A stretch of 63,178 bases of DNA, the filler included. It is 8 parts of 8 records of this genome, joined end to end, with 100 filler letters (N's around TTAATTAATTAA, not from the genome) between each part and the next. Parts side by side here need not be neighbours in the genome. Positions count along the whole stretch, not along the records: positions 38,150 to 45,442 come from SRR31147125_75862; positions 45,543 to 50,658 come from SRR31147125_75903; positions 50,759 to 57,848 come from SRR31147125_75947; 5 more parts are not named here. One strand, given 5' to 3'. The translations under genes were made by a program, and so were the position numbers. This document shows, in pieces, positions 40,840 to 50,786 of this stretch. The notes beneath the pieces were generated by a model. It did not search any database, was not told the origin of the DNA, and saw nothing but the letters and a program-made list of their open reading frames with translations. The stretch's first letter is position 1. Every line of letters starts with the position of its first letter.

Positions 40840-41742
40840 TTACTCTCCAAATTGATTGTTAATGAAAGTGCCAAACTCAGCAACTGCCTTCTTCGCCTCA
40901 GGCATGGCTTTCACATTCAAATGAAATACGTGCCACAATTTGTCATAAATCTTTAACGTCACATTGCCGCCCGCACTTTCGACCTTTTTTGCAATGCGTA
41001 TTGAATCGTCTAGCAACATGTCGTCAGTGCCAACATGAATCAGCAATGGCGGAAGCTCTTTCAGGTCGGCATACAGGGGTGATACGAGTGGATTGCGGGG
41101 ATCATTTTCACCGATATAGTTGTCCGCCCAGACCTTGGCTGATTGAATTTTAATCATGGGATCTCTTTTTGACTTTGTTTTTATTGAATCGCCGGTCAAG
41201 CATAAATCCGTCCATGGGGCGATACAAGCAATCGACGAAGGCAAAGGTACTCCCGCATCGCGTATCGAAATTGCGGTGGCTAAAGACAATCCGCCCCCCG
41301 CGGAATCCCCTGCAACAGCTATGTCTTGACCTCTTAGCCCACTATCAAGTAGCCAACGGTATGCAGAAACAGCGTCTTCCAAAGCTGCTGGAAAGGGTTG
41401 CTCCGGGGCAAGGCGGTAATCTATGAGCAGCACCTTTGCACCACTTGCTTTTGAAAGGTGTGCGCCTAATTCCCTATGCGTATTAATAGAGCATATGTTA
41501 TAGCCGCCGCCATGTAGGAATAAGATAACCCTGTCTTCTCGAACCGTGCCTGCGCAAACCCATTCAGCGGCCAACCCATTGATTGTAATTGTTTCGACCT
41601 TAGTGTTTGGTGGAAGCTTTGCAAATGTTGATATTTTTTCCATGCTTTTTCTGGTTTCATCTATGGACTTTAAATTATTCAATTTAGGTGCAACCAGATA
41701 TTTTGTCATTAACCGGCAAAAAGTGCCGCGTAAGCTTAGCAT
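40840..41742 (-). CDS. HSL-family (family IV) esterase, alpha/beta hydrolase
   Basis: Motifs LHGGGY, DYRLAPE, GDSAGG and WHVF. Confidence 0.93.
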   Translation of the reverse strand: MLSLRGTFCRLMTKYLVAPKLNNLKSIDETRKSMEKISTFAKLPPNTKVETITINGLAAEWVCAGTVREDRVILFLHGGGYNICSINTHRELGAHLSKASGAKVLLIDYRLAPEQPFPAALEDAVSAYRWLLDSGLRGQDIAVAGDSAGGGLSLATAISIRDAGVPLPSSIACIAPWTDLCLTGDSIKTKSKRDPMIKIQSAKVWADNYIGENDPRNPLVSPLYADLKELPPLLIHVGTDDMLLDDSIRIAKKVESAGGNVTLKIYDKLWHVFHLNVKAMPEAKKAVAEFGTFINNQFGE

Positions 41743-41794
41743 TTAGATTGCCTTTCCAATATGTTATCAGCGTCAATGTTGATTGTCTAGCCTT

Positions 41795-42142
41795 TCAGGC
41801 CCCTTCCGGCAGCCCATCGACAAAGGCGAGTGGGACAGCAAATAATATCCCTTTCCCCGGCTCACAAAGATCGCCGCAAAAGGATTTGACAATTTCGACA
41901 GCTTTATCCAAAATTTCTTTTTCCCTGATCACGGTGAAAATGGTCTTGTTGGAGGATTCGCCATCTGCTATCATCCTACTTATTTCCTCCATAGCGGGCC
42001 CGTCCGCTCCGGCCTTCATCAACACCCGCCCCATACCAGTGCTGTTCATTACCGTCGAGCCCTTGATCCCTATTTTAGCAAAACCATCCAGAATAGCCAC
42101 AAGGTGTTCAGGTTGTTCCAGTACGTTTACAAGCAGGTACAT
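41795..42142 (-). CDS. PII-like signalling protein
   Basis: Motifs GIKGSTVMNSTGMG, NKTIFTVI and DLCEPGKGILFAVP. Confidence 0.75.
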   Translation of the reverse strand: MYLLVNVLEQPEHLVAILDGFAKIGIKGSTVMNSTGMGRVLMKAGADGPAMEEISRMIADGESSNKTIFTVIREKEILDKAVEIVKSFCGDLCEPGKGILFAVPLAFVDGLPEGA

Positions 42143-42347
42143 AGTATTATTCCTCCATTAATTTATGGGCGACCTGATATGATGCGACCAATTGAAAAAT
42201 AATCGCCACATCTGCCGGTGTACTGGCGCTCACACTTCGGGTAGCCAACCACTGTGAGTTGCCCAACAGGCCCCAACCAGTCCGAGTCCCAGCCAACTCG
42301 TTGACAGACCCCCAGTCCGATCCCGAACCGGGAGCGCTTGCAGATTT

Positions 42348-43469
42348 CTATTCTGCAAATCCGCTCCGGGAGGGTCGGGTAGCAGGGGCACGTTCGATCA
42401 GTGCATTCAATAGGGATTCCAAGTTATTGATGCGTCGTTTCGCACTCCAGAAATTGTGAAACGGCGAGGTGTCCATTACCGGTCCGGCGTGGTCGGTGGG
42501 GGGCGACAGCTCAACCATTTCCGCGCCGGCCAAGACAGCACTACCAGCAGGGACCAGCCCATCGTTTGGCTCCTTGATCAGCAGGTTGAAGGTGTCCTTT
42601 AAGCCAAACTGACCGAACACGTCCTTGAGCGTCTGGTTGAACCGATCCGAAATGAGGCTGATCGTGTCGGCGACATTATGGGCCAAGGCCGCCTGTGCCC
42701 AATACCAGTATTCTTGGGTATTCTTTATCACCGCAGCGGCGATGTCATTCAGCAGGGCTGGGTTGATGGCCTCAGAAGCCAGCTTGATGATGTCGGAAGA
42801 GACCTGGCCATCTGGATTGGCCTGGTAGATCCCGTACGCGGAGGTGACCGGGATGCGCTGGGTGAGGCTATCGATGGCGTCCTCGTGCTGGGTCATGTAC
42901 GGACCGCGGACAGACATTTTGATATCGTCCAATGCGAGACCGTCACCGAGCATGTTCATCAAGGCTTCGCTGAGGGGTGCTGGAACCATGTCCACAAACG
43001 GCGTCCCACCGAAAGGTGATTGGAGGGAAAGCCATCCGTGGACCTTGGCACGTAGCGGGTTATCGGCCCTGATCAGCGCCTCGAGGGTGTCCAGCCCCCC
43101 CTTGCTGTGCGACACGATCAACACTCGGCGATCCCCGATCTTGCTAAGCATGTCGATAATTGCCGCGCCGTTCTTCGCGATGCCGTTTTGAGTGGAAAAA
43201 AAACCGCACGTTCCCATGTCCACACAGTCAATGCCGCGGGCCGAGAAAGCCTTTTCCTGATCGAAGAAGCTTACGCCTGAGCCTTCATCCACCGGCAGTT
43301 TGAGACTGGGAATCAAGCTCGATAGCTCTCCACCCATCATGGGAATACTCTTCGCGACCTCGATGAGGGTGTCCGTTGACATGGCGTTCGCCACGACGCT
43401 CACGGCATCATATATCCCGGTGAGGAAGCCGGGAACGAACAGGATTGTGTAATCCCTCAACTGATTCAT
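42348..43469 (-). CDS. Lipase-like alpha/beta hydrolase
   Basis: Motifs LFVPGF, SHSKGGLD, QSPFGGT, NDGLVP and DH. Confidence 0.8.
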   Translation of the reverse strand: MNQLRDYTILFVPGFLTGIYDAVSVVANAMSTDTLIEVAKSIPMMGGELSSLIPSLKLPVDEGSGVSFFDQEKAFSARGIDCVDMGTCGFFSTQNGIAKNGAAIIDMLSKIGDRRVLIVSHSKGGLDTLEALIRADNPLRAKVHGWLSLQSPFGGTPFVDMVPAPLSEALMNMLGDGLALDDIKMSVRGPYMTQHEDAIDSLTQRIPVTSAYGIYQANPDGQVSSDIIKLASEAINPALLNDIAAAVIKNTQEYWYWAQAALAHNVADTISLISDRFNQTLKDVFGQFGLKDTFNLLIKEPNDGLVPAGSAVLAGAEMVELSPPTDHAGPVMDTSPFHNFWSAKRRINNLESLLNALIERAPATRPSRSGFAE

Positions 43470-43513
43470 GGCAAGTCCTTTATCTGCGCGCGCCTGCTAC
43501 TCGTGCGGCAGGG

Positions 43514-44371
43514 TCATTTTGTAGCCACGCAATAGAACTCCGCACCGTGCTTTTCGCTGGCCTCCGCCGGTTCAGAGGTATTTGTCCAGCCTGTGTCTTT
43601 CAGGAACGGACCCAGTTCCTCGGGCCGTATGCTCCAAAGCCACGGCTCTCCGATGGCCTGGAATGTCCACAGAAGCATCCCCGTCCATAGACCTGCATCG
43701 GGTCGACCATCAGTACCGGTAGAAAAATAGGAAAAAACGATTCTGCTGCCGACACCAGCGATTTCATCACATTGACGAAACAAATCCTGAACAGCTTCTT
43801 GAGGCAGGTACATCACAAGGCCTTCGGCGACGATGACGGTGCGTGCCTGTTGGTCCCATGACTCGTTGGATTTCAGAACATCCAAGGAATTCTGCTTACC
43901 GAGATCCGCTGGGACCAGCCAAAGATTATCATGCCGTCCCATTGTCTCTATCCCTCTTGCCTTGAGACGAGCGGCAGCGGGATGATCTATCTCAAAGAAG
44001 TTGACGGTAGAAAATTCCGGTGCCAACCGCCACCCCATCGTGTCGTAACCGGCTCCAAGAACAAGAACCTGGGTAGCGCCGCCGGCACGAAGCTCCTCCC
44101 TCACCTGCCGCTCAAAGAATGCCTTTCGATGGCCAAAGGCCGCGAATTGACCCGGCATCATCCAGTCGAAGGCCTCGCACACGGAAACCATTCCGCGGGA
44201 ACGTGACCATTGAAGCTCGGATGCATTCGCCACTCCGGACGCAATCAGCAGTTTCTCAGTGGCATCGACAATACCGGGAGGCAGAATGTCGTCCATTCCT
44301 GGCTTTGCCCCTAACGTAACAATATTCATTGCAACCTTGTACGCCGTGTTGCTCGGTTGATCCCTGCGCAT
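43514..44371 (-). CDS. LCM-type class I SAM-dependent methyltransferase
   Basis: Motifs QVLVLGAGYDT, FEIDHP and AEGLVMYL. Confidence 0.9.
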   Translation of the reverse strand: MRRDQPSNTAYKVAMNIVTLGAKPGMDDILPPGIVDATEKLLIASGVANASELQWSRSRGMVSVCEAFDWMMPGQFAAFGHRKAFFERQVREELRAGGATQVLVLGAGYDTMGWRLAPEFSTVNFFEIDHPAAARLKARGIETMGRHDNLWLVPADLGKQNSLDVLKSNESWDQQARTVIVAEGLVMYLPQEAVQDLFRQCDEIAGVGSRIVFSYFSTGTDGRPDAGLWTGMLLWTFQAIGEPWLWSIRPEELGPFLKDTGWTNTSEPAEASEKHGAEFYCVATK

Positions 44372-44539
44372 AAATCCTCCTTCGAAGCCAAACCATTAAT
44401 TCATTAGCAAATCTGCCCAACATTCCAGACGATCAATCACGGCGATAATGGCCTTTATGCAAACGCGCCTGGCAAGACAGAGCCGTCCCCTCCAAATGAG
44501 ATGGGTGGGACGACTTTTTTTGATATGCTTGAGCCGTTG

Positions 44540-44977
44540 TCAGTTTAAGGATGCGGAAAGTGCCTTGATTTTATCCAACCACTGCTTGCCGATATCACCT
44601 TCGAATTGATCCCAGACCTTCATTTGTTTCTCCTTGAATTTAGCCATCTCTTCGGGGGCCAGTTCGGTCACGGCGATACCCTTCTCATTCAACAATGTAT
44701 CACCGTCGATGGTCAGTTGCTTGCCTTGCTCACGGGCCTTGGCCTTCTTTACAATTTCGATGGCGCTGCCCACCTGCCCGGAATGGAAGTATTGGGCATT
44801 GACCTTGTCGCTGATTTTTTCGTTGACATCCTTTTCAATCCATAGCCCCGATTCGGGCCCAGGTTCAATGGAGTTGACAAAATGGGCGAACTTGAATTCC
44901 ACGGGGCCGGCCTGAACTGCCGTGACACTCGGACAAAACACTACAACCGAAGCAAAAACCGATAATTTCTGCCTCAC
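44540..44977 (-). pseudogene. dctP: TRAP substrate-binding protein DctP with a large in-frame internal deletion
   Basis: Signal peptide plus FKFAH..YFHSGQVG joined directly to the C-terminal EKGIAVTEL..AKFKE segment; only about 145 aa. GTG start with RBS AAGGAG. Confidence 0.7.
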
Positions 44978-45542
44978 CTGAATAACTCCTTTTGTATTAG
45001 TCCGGCCAACGCCTGTTGAAGCCATCCGAACCGTTTTAGAATTAATGATAAATCAGAGATAACAACATGCATTCTAATGTTAAATTATTATCAATAATTC
45101 TGAACGCCATTTAAAATGCAAATGGAGCCCCGTATGGACGCGAAATTGGCAACATCAAATATGTTGATTCGAACATGCTCGGAGTTTCGAAGAAATGGAT
45201 CGATACGGTTTAGCCAATTGATTAAAAATCACGCTTGACTTGGTCCTACATATAATGGTTTAATGTTTTATGTCAATATAAATATTAAATGCCTCGAATC
45301 ACACCGACGATTGGAATGACAAAGTATCCTCCGCGCGATTACCGCCGGGCCAGATAAATGAAGTGGATACTGGATATATTGATGACGAGATTTCATTGAA
45401 AGGAGACAGTCGACGGCTATGGCGGAAGAAACATGGAAAGACNNNNNNNNNNNNNNNNNNNNNNNNNNNNNNNNNNNNNNNNNNNNTTAATTAATTAANN
45501 NNNNNNNNNNNNNNNNNNNNNNNNNNNNNNNNNNNNNNNNNN

Positions 45543-45645
45543 ATCAAGGCTTGCGAATCCTGAGGAATGAGGTGTACTTATCGTACTCCGCGGTGACGAA
45601 GGATGAAGCGTAACGCCGATATCGGACTTTTTACGAATCCGTCAA
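45543..45645. repeat. Partial MITE/REP-like palindromic element
   Basis: ATCAAGGC..GTAC-ttatc-GTAC hairpin..GATATCGG-ACTTTTTACGAATCCGTCAA. Left end cut by the spacer. Confidence 0.5.
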
Positions 45646-45699
45646 TTTTGGATGGGCGCTAACTCGGGACCATCAAACGAAATACCCGAAACACCCCCC

Positions 45700-46398
45700 A
45701 TGGCATTCAAAGACACCCTAAAAAAATTCTGTTATCGGCAGTTTTTTCCGCGAGCCGGGCTGATGGTGGTTAAAATCCTCTCCCGCACGTACACCTATTG
45801 TATCGTTGATATGCACAACGAACAGCAGGCCATGGCTGATTATGGCAGCGTCGTCTATGCCTCCTGGCACCAACGGTTTTTCCCTGGTATCACTTTTTTT
45901 GCCACCCGCAAGCCCATCGCCATCATAATCAGCCAGAGCCGAGACGGTGAGATGATCGCCCGGGTCGTAAACATCCTCGGCTGGCAGGCGGTGCGCGGAT
46001 CGTCGTCCAAGGGCGGTATGCGGGCCCTCAAGAAAATCCGCCGCCTGACCGCCGAGGGCCATCGCATCGGCCATATCGTCGACGGCCCCCAGGGCCCTTT
46101 TGGTGCGGTCAAGCCCGGCCTGATCACCATCGCCCAGTTTGCCGAGGCCCCCATTGTTCCGGTCATCATATCCGCCCAGCGGCGGTGGGTGTTCAATAGC
46201 TGGGACCGTTTCATGGTGCCCAAACCTTTTTCAAAGGTGTTCCTGCGGTTCGCCCCTCCCATTGTCGTGCCCCGTCGCCTGGATGCCGATGCCTTTGAAA
46301 ACCTGCGGCGGGATGTGGAAATACGGATTAAAGAACTGGTCATCGAGACCGATAACTGGTGGAGAAGACCTGATAAAATCCGGCACTATTTCCCTTGA
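45700..46398 (+). CDS. DUF374 / lysophospholipid acyltransferase-family protein
   Basis: Motifs WHQR, ISQSRDGE, VRGSSSKGG, VDGPQGP and SWDRFMVPKPF. Confidence 0.9.
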   Translation: MAFKDTLKKFCYRQFFPRAGLMVVKILSRTYTYCIVDMHNEQQAMADYGSVVYASWHQRFFPGITFFATRKPIAIIISQSRDGEMIARVVNILGWQAVRGSSSKGGMRALKKIRRLTAEGHRIGHIVDGPQGPFGAVKPGLITIAQFAEAPIVPVIISAQRRWVFNSWDRFMVPKPFSKVFLRFAPPIVVPRRLDADAFENLRRDVEIRIKELVIETDNWWRRPDKIRHYFP

Positions 46399-46443
46399 TC
46401 GCGCCTGCTTACGGCAGGGCGACCAACCACGAGGAACCCGACA

Positions 46444-48207
46444 ATGGATACCCTGCCCCAACTACGCGGCGCCGAGCCGATGAAACTGCCCCCGGCAAGG
46501 GTCTACCTGGACTATTACCAGCTGGCCGAGGCCCCCTTTGCCATTACGCCCGACCCCGAATTCCTGTTCACTGCCGGCAGCCATCAACAGGCGATAGAAA
46601 AAATCATTTATGCCATCGAGAGTCGCATGGGCTTCATTCTGCTGACCGGAGAGGTGGGCACCGGCAAAACCACAGTTTGCCGGGCATTGCTGGACCATCT
46701 GGGCAACACGGCGGAGACGGTCTATATCATCAATCCGTCCCTTTCCGGCCTCGAGCTGTTAACCGGTATCCTTGAGGATGCGCATGTCGTCCTCGACGCG
46801 GATGCCTCCAAGAAAACGCGCATCGATCATCTTTACCGGCATCTTCTGTCCCTTGAGAATAGCCGCCCCTTCGTGGTGATCATCGACGACGCCCAGACCA
46901 TGCCACCGGAAACCCTGGAAGACCTGCGGCTGCTCTCCAATCTGGAAACCGACAAGCACAAACTCATCCAGGTGGTCCTGTCCGGCCAGCCGGAACTAAT
47001 CGACCTATTGGGAAACGATCGATTGCGCCAGCTCAAGCAACGCATCGCCATTCACTGCCGTCTCTCGGCCCTGCCCGCCGCGGAAACCGAGGCCTACATC
47101 TCCCAACGGCTCTTCGTGGCCGGCAACCATGGCCAGGTTCGCTTTTCCGCCGATGCCACGCGGCTGGTCCATAAAAAATCCGGCGGCATCCCCCGCTTGA
47201 TCAATAAAATCTGTGATTACACCCTGACCGCCGGTTACGTGAAAAATACGCGGATCATCCATAAGCCCCATGTCCGCTATGCGCTGGCAGAATTGGAGGG
47301 CCTCGCGTCACCCCCTGCCGGCCCCCCCTAAGCGCGCCGTCCATGTCGCCGCCGCCATGGTAATTATTTTGCTGGCGGGGTTCATGCTGACGTCTCACCA
47401 CGGCCTATTCGGCAGGCGACCGCCGATCACCGACACGCCCATCGCCGCGTCAGGAACAGCACGGCAGAACCGCCATCCGGTCCGGCGGCACCAACCGCAA
47501 GCCAACCGGCACCTTCCTCGGGCACGGCTGTGACACCGCCGCTATCGGCCAATCAGACGCCCGCCACAGCAGAAAGTGAAAAGGAAACCATCTCCATGGA
47601 TCGTCCGGCCAAAGGCACGGCGTCGACCGAAGAAAGACAAGATCTGCCGGCAATATCGCATCCGGCGCCTTATGCCCTGCAACTGGGCTCCTTTGGTACC
47701 CGCAAAAAGGCGCAGCAAAGTGTTAACAAGTATCGCCAAAAAGGAGTCCCGGCCCACTGGCAGGCGGTAAATGCCGGGCAGTGGTATCGCGCGATGGCCG
47801 GAAAATTCGAGAACCTGACGATGGCCAGACAATTTCAACAAAAATACGGATTGAAAAAATCGCTGATCATCAATGCGCCCCTAACGGTTGAGGTGATGCC
47901 TGGCCACCCGGACGCCGCGGCCAGCGATATTCCCGCGTTTCTTTCTCGAATCGGCTACGACGGCCTTATGGAAACCGCCCCGACGGGCGATAATGTATTT
48001 TATACCGGCCTTTTCTCATCGGTCGAAGATGCATCCCTGGTCGCCCAAAAAATCAACGCCGGCAGCCGGTTTATCGCACGAGTGGTCAAGCGCGAGCATA
48101 TCCTTGACTTGAATCAATCCATTGGTTGCCTTGGCAAGCGGCTGCATTCAAGAAAAAGAAGATTTCATGAGCCTGATGAACGATGCATTAAGAAAAAAGA
48201 ACCGTGA
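46444..48207 (+). CDS. ExeA/MshM-like AAA ATPase with TM and C-terminal SPOR domain; two frameshifts
   Basis: Motifs PFAITPDP, GEVGTGKT, IIDDAQ, LRLLSNLET, GQPEL and GGIPRLIN. TM segment in a second frame after C7 at 47322-47328; SPOR-like YALQLGSF..WYR follows. Confidence 0.8.
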
Positions 48208-49439
48208 ACATGGGGGGGCCGCCCCGTCTGCGGAGGTTTCCTTGGCGCCTCCCGCCCCCCCCCCGATCGACCAGAAAATGGTTGATCCTGCTGGCGGCAC
48301 TGATGGTATCGGGCAGTGCCGTCCTTTACGGTATTCATCTGCGGCACCCCACGGGAAAGGCATCCCTGGCGGTCAAGCGCCCGTTTTCCGCCCGGACCGG
48401 GCAGCCGGCAGGTCCCCCGGCCGAGAAATCATCGGCAAGCGTGCAGCAGGCAAAGACCGGTTTCGCCCCAACCGAAAGTATCCAACACGCCACCCCCGCG
48501 CCGACGGTACCGCGTCCTTCCGCATCGGTCATGGCAGCCAACGAACAGCCCTCTCCCCTCCCATCCATCGTGCCGGCCGAAACACCGGACGCGGAAGGAA
48601 CGACAAAGACGAGCAACTTTTCGTTGGAAGGGAATCCAGCGGCATTGGTTGGGTTACCACCGCAAGCCGATAGGGCAATCGAACCAGGTCCGGATCCGGC
48701 CGTCCCCCCACGACATCCCGCACCAACGGCATCGCCGCGATCCCGGCCCCCCGTCACCCCGGCGACAGCGAACCAAGCACCCTCCCCGGGCCCGAGCCGT
48801 CCTGCAACACAAACGCGTAGTGCGACCATTTCGGATACGGCGCTGTTTTACCGGAAAGCCCTGGCCTGTCATCGCAGTGGCCGCCTGGCCCAGGCCGAGC
48901 ATTTCTACCGCAGCGTCCTGAAAACCGATGCCAACCACAGCGAAGCGATGTTTAACTTGGCTGCCGTATATATCGCGGAAGATCGTTTCAACCAGGCCCA
49001 CCCCCTTCTCAAGCGCCTTGAAAATATCACGCCCCGCCCCGACGGTGTCTTGTTGAACCTGGCCATCACCGCCATTGGCAGGGGTGCACCGCAAGCGGCG
49101 CTGGACTATCTGGATCGGGCCGAAGCAGCGGCCGATGCCGTTCCCCGGCAGATCCATTTTCACCGCGCCGTGGCGCTGTCGCGGCTGAACCGGTTTTCCG
49201 AGGCCCTGGACTTTTACCGGCAGGTGGAAATTGAACGGCCCGACGATTACCGGGTGCAATTCAACATGGCCGTCACCCATGATTCACTGGAGGATTATCC
49301 GCAAGCGCTTTACTATTATGAGAAGGTGCTCGAGGCGCCAAGCCAGGCATCGGAAAACGACAGGCAGTCCATCAGCCGTCGCATGGGACGTCTCCGGCGT
49401 TACCTCACCACCACCCAATCACAGGTAAAAAGGCAGTAA
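48167..49439 (+). CDS. MshN-like TPR protein; frameshift at C10 48255-48264
   Basis: Start MSLMNDALRKK, then a TM helix, Pro-rich linker and C-terminal TPRs (AMFNLA, LLNLA, VQFNMA). Confidence 0.75.
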
Positions 49440-49440
49440 G

Positions 49441-50658
49441 ATGGCAAAACGCATCGGCGACATATTGATTGACATGGGATTCATCGACCGCGATCAGCTG
49501 GAGATGGCGGCGACCGAATCTAAAAAAACGGGCGTCATGCTGGGAGACGTGCTCCTGCGGCTGGACTGGATCACCCAGGAACAACTGCAGATGAGCTTGG
49601 CGGTGCAAAGCGGCGCCAAACTTCTGGATGTGGATGCCGTCAAGGTGGACCCGGGGTTAATCGCCGACGTGCCCCAGGACTTTGTCACCACCCATGGCAT
49701 CATGCCCCTGCAAAAACAGGACGATACCATCCTGGCCGCCACCAACAACCCCTTTGACGTCGTGGCCAAGGATAAACTGGCCCGCATCACCGGTTGCCGG
49801 GTGGAGACCTACATCGCCTCCAAGGAATGGTTGAACACGGCCATCGAGCTTTACTACAAAACCGCTTTGGCCATCGATGCGGACATCGACAACATCACCC
49901 GGGCGACGGTGGCGGAATCTCAATTCGAAGAGAACCAGATCGTGGTTCTGGGTGACCGGATTGTGGAGAAAGGGCTGCTCTTGGGAGCCAGCGATGTCCA
50001 CATCGTGCCGGATGTGAAGCTGACCCGTATCTATTATCGTATCGATGGGGTGCTGCAGCAAAAATTTCTTTTCCCCATTCGCTTTCACAAAGGACTGGTC
50101 ACGCGTTTCAAGATCATGGCCGACATGGACATTTCCAATCCCAACATTCCCCATGACGGCCGCATCAAATTCAGCGGCGAGATCGGGGAAATCGATATCC
50201 GTGTTTCCACCTTCCCCACACACTTGGGGGAAACCGTAGTCATGCGTCTGCTGGTCTACAGCAAAGTCGTGGGCGATCTGGAGCGCCTGGGATTGGAATC
50301 GGAGGATCTGGCGTTCTTTCGCAAAAACATCAAACGTCCCTATGGACTGATCGTGGCCACCGGCCCCACGGGTTCGGGAAAAACCACCACGCTCTATTCG
50401 GCCCTGATGACGGTCAACAGTCCCAACATCAATGTGATGACCGTGGAAGACCCAATCGAGTATGTCATTCCCACCATTCGCCAAACCGCCGTCAACCCCA
50501 AGGCCGGGCTTACCTTCGGCAATGCCCTGCGCTCGGCCATGCGCCAGGACCCGGATATCATCCTGGTCGGTGAGATCCGCGACACGGAAACCGCCGATCT
50601 GGCCTTGCGGGCCTCCATGACCGGGCACCTGGTGTTCTCCACCCTGCACACCAACGAC
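49441..50658 (+). CDS. GspE/PilB/MshE-family ATPase with MshEN domain (3' partial)
   Basis: Motifs RIGDILIDMG, ASDVHI, GPTGSGKTTTLY, EDPIEY, MRQDPDIILVGEIRD and STLHTND. Confidence 0.93.
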
Positions 50659-50786
50659 NNNNNNNNNNNNNNNNNNNNNNNNNNNNNNNNNNNNNNNNNN
50701 NNTTAATTAATTAANNNNNNNNNNNNNNNNNNNNNNNNNNNNNNNNNNNNNNNNNNNNAAAACTATTTTTCCTTTAAGGCGTGGTC

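Noticed and set aside
42245-44425. Integron cassette remnants (GTTGGGC on the minus strand near 42265 and 44418)
   Set aside because: No paired R''/R' boxes with a convincing attC stem, and no integrase.
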